This document shows positions 57,269-64,000 of a stretch of DNA of 64,000 nt, piece after piece. The notes below the pieces were generated by a model. The model saw only the letters and a list, made by a program, of their open reading frames with translations, did not search any database and had not been told where the DNA came from. Every line of letters begins with the position of its first letter. The stretch's first letter is position 1. Source of the stretch: Vulcanimicrobiota bacterium (GTDB taxonomy: Bacteria; Vulcanimicrobiota; Xenobia; Xenobiales; JADMJV01); contig JBFWNU010000001.1 in the NCBI GenBank assembly GCA_050250895.1, positions 680,008 to 744,007 on the forward strand. The letters run 5' to 3'. The translations under genes were made by a program, and so were the position numbers.

Positions 57269-58492
57269 GTGCTGACAGCCTGCCACAACCAATGTCGGGG
57301 CGCGCGCTACACGGCGATCGACCGAGCCCAGAAGCGGCGCTCGGTCGAGGGCCCCGAACAGCTGCGCGAAGGCGAGACGCTAGCCGTGACGGCCCGCGAT
57401 CAACTGCCCGTTCCCCTCGACGACCCCGCCGATGTAGCGGTGGTCGAAGCGATCCACAACCACCAGGGCTTCGAGAGCCTGCCCGAACCCGCTCTGACCG
57501 AGGCCCTCTCGGACCTGCACCAGCAAGGCTTCACGGTCGAACGTCAGGCCGGAGGCTCGCGTTTCGGCGCTCGCCTGGACCCGATCGCCGCCTATTACTA
57601 TGTCCACGGCCACAATTCCCAGCGTGTGACCTTGCGCCCGCCCCAAAGCATGGAGCATATCGCCATCAACCAGCCCGACGATCTGGCCGCGCTCAACTAT
57701 TTTCGCGGCACCGGCCGCAGTCTGAATCTGGCCGTGCCAGAAGTGGCTCAAGGCCTGCGAGAGCGTTGCCAGGAGGGTTTTTCGTTCGGCTTGCGCCAGG
57801 CCGACAACCAGAGTGACGCCTACGGCGTCTATCGTGGCCTGCGTCGAACACCGGGCGAGCGTCTGTGGGCCCAACGCGACCAGGACCTGGTGCCGGCCGA
57901 CGCCGGCCTGCTCAACCAGCCAGCCGAACTCGAAGCACGTCTGACCGAGGCCCGCCAGGCTTTGACCTATTTGCCGGCCGAGGGTCCCAGGGCCGATTTT
58001 CTCGAGACCGTCTATTACGGCGGCTATCATCAACCGGCTCTGGTAACGGCTCAGGCGGTGGGGCAATTGCTAGACTCCGGACTTGCCCTGGATTCGGCCC
58101 GCCAAGTTTACCAGCGTCTGCTAGACCTGAGCCCCGAACCCCTGCCCGGGGTGCCGGCCTTCACCGCCATCGCCCCGGCGATGGACCACCAACAAGCCCT
58201 CGAGTTGATGGGGTTGGTCTACCTACCGGTCGGCGAAGAGAGCCTTCAAGAGCGAGCCGAACTGATGGCCGGCCTGAACACCAGCGACCAGAGCCGGGTC
58301 CGCGACTATATCGACGCGGCCGCCCACAAGTTTGCGGCCAACCCCGACGAGGCGGTTCATCGCCTTACCGTGCGCTGGATGCTCAAGGGCGAGGTTCCGG
58401 TGGAAACCGAGGCGCGCCCGATCACCATCGAAGACGAAAACGACGAGAGCCTCTGGATCGGCGACGTCCACCTGGCCCGCGAGGGCGGCTAG
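57269..58492 (+). CDS. Hypothetical protein (start uncertain)
   Basis: Long ORF with host-like codon use. GTG 57269 avoids overlap with the divergent gene. Ends ITIEDENDESLWIGDVHLAREGG. Confidence 0.65.
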   Translation: MLTACHNQCRGARYTAIDRAQKRRSVEGPEQLREGETLAVTARDQLPVPLDDPADVAVVEAIHNHQGFESLPEPALTEALSDLHQQGFTVERQAGGSRFGARLDPIAAYYYVHGHNSQRVTLRPPQSMEHIAINQPDDLAALNYFRGTGRSLNLAVPEVAQGLRERCQEGFSFGLRQADNQSDAYGVYRGLRRTPGERLWAQRDQDLVPADAGLLNQPAELEARLTEARQALTYLPAEGPRADFLETVYYGGYHQPALVTAQAVGQLLDSGLALDSARQVYQRLLDLSPEPLPGVPAFTAIAPAMDHQQALELMGLVYLPVGEESLQERAELMAGLNTSDQSRVRDYIDAAAHKFAANPDEAVHRLTVRWMLKGEVPVETEARPITIEDENDESLWIGDVHLAREGG

Positions 58493-60999
58493 AGCTTCCA
58501 GACCTTCTTGTCGATGGCCAGCTGAGTGATGGCCTCGGGCGGAGCCGGGGCCTGGAAGAAGTAGCCCTGCATGAACTGGCAACCGGCTTTGGCCAGGAAC
58601 TTCGCCTGGGCGGCGTTCTCGACACCCTCAGCCAGGGGCCGCAGGCCTAAACTCTGGGCCAGACTGATGGCGGCGGTGCAGATGTTGACGCTTTGCTTTT
58701 CGCGGGGGCAGCCACTGACGATCGAAGGGTCGATCTTGAGGATCTTGGTGTGGTTGAGGTCAAACCGGCTCAGCGAGGAATAACCCGAGCCGAAGTCGTC
58801 GATGGCGATGCGAATACCGGCCTTGCCCAGCGAAGTGACCACCTCTTCCACCAGATCGGCCCGCTCGGCGTTGACCCCCTCGGCGATTTCGACGAACAGC
58901 AACTCGGGGGGCAGTTGGAACTCTTGCACCGACTGCAGGAAGGTCTCGGCCAGATCGGCTTGCAGCATCTGGCGAAAAGAGACGTTGACCGAAACGAAAA
59001 TCCGCAGACCCTGCTGAATCCACTTGCTCAGCTGCCAGCAAGCCTGTTGGCACACCCATTTGCCCAGATGCACGATCAGGCCGCTCTCTTCGGCGGCTGG
59101 CAAGAAATATTCGGGATAGAGGGTACCCTCGATGCGGTGGTTCCAGCGCAGCAACGCCTCGACGCCCACCATGGCGGCCCGCCCTTTGGCCACCTCGACG
59201 ATGGGTTGATAGTGCAACTCGAACTCGTTCTTCTCCATGGCCACCCGCAACTGCGAGTCGAGGGTGAGCCGGCGCTCCTGCAGGCGATGCAGGTCCGAAT
59301 TGTAGAAGACACAGCGACCGCGGCCGTTCTCTTTGGCGTGATACATGGCGCTGTCGGCGTGCTCGAGCATCTGCTGGGCCGACTCGGCGTCATTGGGACA
59401 GACCGAGACGCCGATGCTGGCGCGGATATAGAATTTCTGGCCCTGAATGGTGAAAGGCCTGGCCAGGCCTTCGGTGACACGGCGCACCACGATGGCGATA
59501 TTCTGCTCGATAATCTCGCGTTTCTTGGCCTCGCCAACGTTCTCTTCGCCGGTGTAGAGCTCCGAGAGCAAAATCAGGAATTCGTCTTCGCCTCGACGGC
59601 CGATGGCGTCGGATTCGCGAATGGCGGCCTGGAGCCGCTCCGAGACGCGCATCAGCAGTTCGTCGCCAGCCTTGAAGCCCATGGCGTCGTTGATCAGCTT
59701 GAAGCGGTCGAGATCCACCACCAGTAGAGCCGAGGCCCGCCCGTAACGGGTCACCTGCTTGACGGTGAAATCGAGGTATTGCCGCATCAAGTTGAGGTTC
59801 GGCAACCCGGTCAGCGTGTCTTGAAAGGCCAGACGCTGGGTCTCGCGGTCGCTCTCGTTGGCCCGCTGCTCGTATTCCTTGAGCCGGGCCACCGCCTTTT
59901 GCAACTGGACCTCGGCCTGATTGGCCCGGGTCTCGGCCTCGCGCACCTTGGCCCAGACCTCCTTGACCTTGACCTCGACATTGTCGGCCGTGCTGAGTCG
60001 TTCTTCGGTCTGAGCCTGGTAGCTCCGAAAGCGGGTCTGGTATTCTTCGCATTCGGCCTGCAGCCGAGCCACGTTGGCGCTGGCCGTCTTCAAGTCGTCT
60101 TCCTGGTGGCGAAGCTTCTCTTCGGCCGTGCGGGCTCGCTCTTCGAACTGCTGCGCTCGCTGGTTGAGCAGTTCGGACCGCTCGTTGGCCAGACTCAGGC
60201 GCTCGCGCATCTGGTCGACCTGCAACTGCAGGTGCGAAGAATCGCCCGAGAGGGCTTCGGCCTCGACCTGCTTGACCCGCTCTTGCGAGCGATGAAACTT
60301 CTCTTCCCACTCCACGGCCCGTTCCTGAGCCTCACGAACCCGCTGCTGGACCTCGCGCAGCTGCTCTTCGACAGTGCCCGCGCTGCCCCGCAGAGTCTCG
60401 AGGGTTTCTTCAGCCTGACGGGCCCGCTCCTCAGCCTCGTGGAGCCGAATCTGAATCTCTTCAGGCAGCTCGGCCGGCTGCTCGAGCTGAGTTCGCAAGT
60501 CGTCGATGGTCTGACGTAATTCGGGTACCTCGGCCAACTGCTGCTGTAAGTCGTCGATCGTCTGTCGCAGCCCGGACGCCTCGGCCCGAGCGGTATCGAG
60601 TTCTTCGAGAGTTGGACCGTCAGGCTCGGCGGTGGGCTGGCTCTGCAAAGCCACGATGGTGGCCCGCAACTCGGGGACCTCCGCCAGTTGCTGCTGCAAC
60701 TCGTCGATGGTCTGGCGCAGCTCGGAGGCCTCGGCTCGAGCGGCCTCGAGTTCGGCCTGCAGGTCAGCCGGAGGGGCGGCCGCCGAATCGGAGCCTCCTT
60801 CGAGTTCGGCCAGGCGAGCCTCGGCCTCGTTGGCGCGCTGTTCTTCGCGCTCGAGCTTGACGTCCATCTGCCAAAGCTCGCGCGTAACCTCTTGAGCCCG
60901 TGACTTTGCGTCCTTGAGGCTCTTCTCGGTCTTGGCGAGCTTGGTTTCAAGCTCTGCGAGCTTGGCTTCAAGCTCTGATTGACAAGTATTAGACTCCAT
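58489..60999 (-). CDS. Coiled-coil GGDEF-EAL protein, probable c-di-GMP phosphodiesterase
   Basis: DTLTGLPN, DLDRFKLINDAMG, RRGEDEF, EALLRW, IDDFGSGYSSL, KID, AEGVE, QGY. Start ATG 60999. Confidence 0.9.
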   Translation of the reverse strand: MESNTCQSELEAKLAELETKLAKTEKSLKDAKSRAQEVTRELWQMDVKLEREEQRANEAEARLAELEGGSDSAAAPPADLQAELEAARAEASELRQTIDELQQQLAEVPELRATIVALQSQPTAEPDGPTLEELDTARAEASGLRQTIDDLQQQLAEVPELRQTIDDLRTQLEQPAELPEEIQIRLHEAEERARQAEETLETLRGSAGTVEEQLREVQQRVREAQERAVEWEEKFHRSQERVKQVEAEALSGDSSHLQLQVDQMRERLSLANERSELLNQRAQQFEERARTAEEKLRHQEDDLKTASANVARLQAECEEYQTRFRSYQAQTEERLSTADNVEVKVKEVWAKVREAETRANQAEVQLQKAVARLKEYEQRANESDRETQRLAFQDTLTGLPNLNLMRQYLDFTVKQVTRYGRASALLVVDLDRFKLINDAMGFKAGDELLMRVSERLQAAIRESDAIGRRGEDEFLILLSELYTGEENVGEAKKREIIEQNIAIVVRRVTEGLARPFTIQGQKFYIRASIGVSVCPNDAESAQQMLEHADSAMYHAKENGRGRCVFYNSDLHRLQERRLTLDSQLRVAMEKNEFELHYQPIVEVAKGRAAMVGVEALLRWNHRIEGTLYPEYFLPAAEESGLIVHLGKWVCQQACWQLSKWIQQGLRIFVSVNVSFRQMLQADLAETFLQSVQEFQLPPELLFVEIAEGVNAERADLVEEVVTSLGKAGIRIAIDDFGSGYSSLSRFDLNHTKILKIDPSIVSGCPREKQSVNICTAAISLAQSLGLRPLAEGVENAAQAKFLAKAGCQFMQGYFFQAPAPPEAITQLAIDKKVWKL

Positions 61000-61083
61000 A
61001 TCCCGCTGGATGACTTGAGTTCGACAGCCTGGGTAGGATTCCTCGGGCGGGAATTGTCCGGGCGCGGGCGAACCGGTGAGGCC

Positions 61084-62430
61084 ATGCAAAAACCGAAAGC
61101 GATTAGCGGGTTTCCCGAGTGGCTGCCGGCTCACAAGCAAGCCGAACAGTATCTGTTAGACACTATCCGCCATGTCTACCAGCTGTATGGATTCACTCCC
61201 CTCGAGACGGCTGCCGTCGAGCGAGTCGAAGCATTGGCGGCCAAGGGGGTCGTCGACAAAGAGATCTATGCGCTGGGTCGTCTGCGCGAAGAAGCCGGGA
61301 GCCGCGAGTGGGAACTGGCTCTCCACTTCGATCTGACCGTTCCCCTGGCCCGCTATGTAGCGCTCAACTATGGCGCGCTGAACTTTCCTTTCAAGCGCTA
61401 CCAGATCCAGAAGGTCTGGCGGGGCGAACGTCCGCAAGAGGGCCGCTTCCGCGAATTCTACCAGGCCGACATCGACGTCATCGCCGAGGACCAGCTTCCC
61501 CTACACTTTGACGCCGAAATGCCCGCGGCCGTGCACGACATCTTCACCCGACTGGGCATCAAATCGCAAATCCGGGTCAACAACCGGCGTATTCTCCTGG
61601 GTTACTACCGCGGGCTGGGCATCGACGACGAGCGAACCGCCGACATCTTGCGCGAGGTCGACAAACTGGACAAGATCGGTCCTGACAAGGTCAGCCAGAG
61701 CCTGGTCGAAGCCGGGCTCAGCCAGGATTTGGTGAGTCGCTGCCTGGCCCTCGCCGAGATCCGCGGGCAGGCCGACCAGGTGTTGGCGGCCGCGGCCGGG
61801 CTGGGCGTGGCCAACGATGAGTTCGAACAGGGCCTCGACGAACTGCGCCAGGTGGCGGCGCTCTTGACCCATCTGCCGGCCGAGGCCCTGGTCTGGGACC
61901 TGGGCATCGTGCGCGGGCTGGACTACTATACCGGCACTATTTACGAAACCAACCTCCCTGACCACCCCGGTCTGGGCAGCATCTGCTCGGGCGGCCGTTA
62001 CGAAAACCTGGCCTCGGAGTTCATCAATCGCAACTTGCCCGGGGTGGGCATTTCCATCGGGGTGTCGCGGTTGGTCTCGTATCTCTTCTCGTCCGAGACC
62101 TGGCAGCCGCCCCGAAGCTGCCCGACCGAAGTCTTGATCGTCTTGCCCTCGGCCGAGGACGCTCCCAAGTGTCATCAGGTGGCGCGGAGGCTGCGCGAGC
62201 GGGGTATCCCCAGCGAGGTCCACCACCTGCCCCAGGCCCTCAAGAAGCAGGTCCGCTATGCCGATCGACGCGGCATTCCCTATGTGCTCTTCCCTCACCA
62301 ATACGAGGGGGACGGCGGCCAGGTCGAAATCAAGACCCTGGCCAGCGGAGACCAGGTCACGGTCGCCCTCGACGATTGGGCCGACCGACACGCTCAGGGC
62401 CCGCCCCGAGACTACTCCGGGTTGTATTAG
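61084..62430 (+). CDS. hisS: Histidine--tRNA ligase
   Basis: SGFPEWLP, LHFDLTVPLARY, RGERPQEGRFREFYQADID, RGLDYYTG, GGRYENL, GISIGVSR. Confidence 0.96.
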   Translation: MQKPKAISGFPEWLPAHKQAEQYLLDTIRHVYQLYGFTPLETAAVERVEALAAKGVVDKEIYALGRLREEAGSREWELALHFDLTVPLARYVALNYGALNFPFKRYQIQKVWRGERPQEGRFREFYQADIDVIAEDQLPLHFDAEMPAAVHDIFTRLGIKSQIRVNNRRILLGYYRGLGIDDERTADILREVDKLDKIGPDKVSQSLVEAGLSQDLVSRCLALAEIRGQADQVLAAAAGLGVANDEFEQGLDELRQVAALLTHLPAEALVWDLGIVRGLDYYTGTIYETNLPDHPGLGSICSGGRYENLASEFINRNLPGVGISIGVSRLVSYLFSSETWQPPRSCPTEVLIVLPSAEDAPKCHQVARRLRERGIPSEVHHLPQALKKQVRYADRRGIPYVLFPHQYEGDGGQVEIKTLASGDQVTVALDDWADRHAQGPPRDYSGLY

Positions 62431-62855
62431 CCCTCTCGCCAGCCGAGGTCGGTGACGGCCCACAGCCCGATCAGCACCGCCTCGGCGGCGTCGTCGGTCA
62501 GGCGGGCGGGCACCGGCAGACCAGCGTCGCGCATCACGTCGCGGGCCAGCTTTTCCGCTTCAGACTTGGCCCGGGCTCCGCTGCTACGCTGGCGAGGGAT
62601 AAAGAAAGCAGGTCTCCAGATCTCGGCGCTGAGCAAGCGGTTGGCGGCTTGAGGGCGGGCGCTAAACCAGGCTTTGGCCAGATTGGGGTCTCCCTCGGCC
62701 ACAATCCATTCGAGCCGGTCGAAGGGAGCCAATAACCCTCGGGCAGCCTGGCGCAAGCGACCCCGGTGACCCAGATTGCGACTGAGGACGGCCAGTAACC
62801 GGCCGTCACGGGCATAGAAGGCCAGACCCGTCTTGACGCCCAGGTCGATACCCAC
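62427..62855 (-). CDS. Small RNase H/RuvC-like fold protein
   Basis: (L)VGIDLG..TGLA, IVAEG, W...K, DDAAEAVLIG. Confidence 0.65.
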   Translation of the reverse strand: MGIDLGVKTGLAFYARDGRLLAVLSRNLGHRGRLRQAARGLLAPFDRLEWIVAEGDPNLAKAWFSARPQAANRLLSAEIWRPAFFIPRQRSSGARAKSEAEKLARDVMRDAGLPVPARLTDDAAEAVLIGLWAVTDLGWREG

Positions 62856-62868
62856 CAGCGCCGCGTCC

Positions 62869-63567
62869 TTACTTTCCGACTTTGAGCTCCGTCAACAGGG
62901 CGTCGAGTTCGTCGTCGGACAGGTCAGGCGCGTGGGCGCGCTCGAGCAGGGCGGGGGAATCGAAATTCGGCACCGACTGGTCCGAGTGGGCGATTTGCCA
63001 GGCCTGTTCGAAAGCCTGGTCAAACTCGCTAGCCTGTTGGCGGGCCGTGTCGGCATCGAGAGGAAACTCCACCACATGGCTGGGAATGGTCTGTCGTTCT
63101 CCGGTGCGGCTGGTGTATTCCACCGCTTCGGTCGTTCCCCCGGCCCCTTTGGCCAGCGGATGCGAAGTGGTGTAAGACACTCCCACCGCCCTGGTGCCGA
63201 CGATGTTGATCTTCATCCCCGAGATACCGCGCAGCCGGCCCTGAAGCTGGGCGTCATGCTGATAGTCCCAGTGGGTGTACTGCCGAAAACCGTTGCCTTG
63301 GGCGTCGACGACCTGAATGCGCATCGAATAGGCCCGCGGGGTATCCTCGAGCAGAGCCCTGACCGTGTTGCCGTTGGCGTCGACTCCCTGAAAGACGCCG
63401 GGCAAAGGATCGCTGTCGTAGCCGGGACGCCCGTCCATCTTCTGATAGGTATCGAACGTTGTTAGCGACTCGCGGTGGACATCTTCGGCCGGTCTGAGCT
63501 GTTCGCGCCGAACGGCCGAGGTCTCGGCCCGGTGAGGCCCGGGATGGGTAAAGTGCGCATGGATCAT
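62869..63567 (-). CDS. Hypothetical protein (232 aa) with polar N-terminal leader
   Basis: Clean ORF with no recognised family. Preceded by the shared promoter-like motif. Confidence 0.7.
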   Translation of the reverse strand: MIHAHFTHPGPHRAETSAVRREQLRPAEDVHRESLTTFDTYQKMDGRPGYDSDPLPGVFQGVDANGNTVRALLEDTPRAYSMRIQVVDAQGNGFRQYTHWDYQHDAQLQGRLRGISGMKINIVGTRAVGVSYTTSHPLAKGAGGTTEAVEYTSRTGERQTIPSHVVEFPLDADTARQQASEFDQAFEQAWQIAHSDQSVPNFDSPALLERAHAPDLSDDELDALLTELKVGK

Positions 63568-63576
63568 CTTGGGACG

Positions 63577-63598
63577 AGTCTAGCGCGTCGGTCTTAAA
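63577..63598 (-). promoter_or_regulatory. Shared promoter-like motif TTTAAG-N8-GCTAGACT
   Basis: Minus strand TTTAAGaccgacgcGCTAGACT, ending 9 nt before ATG 63567. Confidence 0.6.
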
Positions 63599-63669
63599 AG
63601 AACTTGAAGAGGGCGAGCCGCCCTCTGTGTTCAAGTTTCCGGAATGAACCTAAGGGTTGTTAGCCAGCC

Positions 63670-64000
63670 TTGAGCCGCATTCCCAGGGCCTGGCAGCCAT
63701 TCCTCGTCGGGACTTTCGTCACGGTCCTCCTGATCGTGGTGCGCATCGGCTTTGGAATGACCGAGCCGGATCGTTTCGAGGGTCTCAACGACCAGCTGTC
63801 CGACTCGCTGTGGATCATCCGTAACCATTTCGGCCGGGGCCCCACCTACCCGAACGCGGCCGACCATCTGGTGGTGGTGCTCATCGACGTCCCGTCGCTG
63901 CGCGAGAGCCCCGAGGCATGGCCGTGGACACCGGGCACCTTTGCCGAGTTCATCAACCTGGCCCTCGATGTGGGCCAGGCCAAAGGCGTGCTGCTGGATG
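63670..64000 (+). CDS. CHASE2-domain sensor protein, 5' part (not in the ORF track, runs off the window)
   Basis: TTG 63670 opens a frame with a TM helix, then LVVVLIDVPSL...WPW...AEFINL...AKGVLLD, the typical CHASE2 start. Confidence 0.8.
   Translation, partial: MSRIPRAWQPFLVGTFVTVLLIVVRIGFGMTEPDRFEGLNDQLSDSLWIIRNHFGRGPTYPNAADHLVVVLIDVPSLRESPEAWPWTPGTFAEFINLALDVGQAKGVLLD

Noticed and set aside
60500-60770. Internal repeat ARAEAS.LRQTID.LQQQLAEVPELR in the GGDEF-EAL gene
   Set aside because: An ordinary intragenic coiled-coil duplication, not a separate element.

Overview
A gene-dense, high-GC bacterial window with about 48 CDS. No rRNA, tRNA, CRISPR array or transposase was recognised. An Omp85/TpsB gene implies a diderm envelope. 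The gene style suggests Ca. Eremiobacterota/Vulcanimicrobiota, but that is my impression only. Housekeeping genes include a class II photolyase, selD-selA-selB (SelD has an in-frame UGA/Sec and a downstream hairpin), NDH-2, a K+ channel, a HAL2-like nucleotidase and hisS. Signalling genes include two coiled-coil GGDEF-EAL proteins, YfiR with a hybrid kinase, and a partial CHASE2 protein. There is also a TPR/roadblock/PilC cluster. Two observations stand out. (1) Several scattered, unrelated genes (adenosine deaminase, acyltransferase, a catalytically dead clostripain, TPM-like tandem paralogues, a hypothetical protein) have disordered N-terminal leaders. Four of these loci share the upstream motif TTTnAG-N8-(C/G)CTAnnCT and a fifth has a spacer variant, which points to a co-regulated, possibly secreted effector regulon. 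(2) A translationally coupled operon encodes a lipoyl-domain/PglD-NeuD acetyltransferase fusion, a fused ThDP E1 alpha/beta and a GT-C-like membrane protein. This looks like a 2-oxoacid dehydrogenase module rewired for sugar acylation. The palindrome CTCGAG is also strongly over-represented. All family assignments come from motifs recognised by eye, not from database searches.
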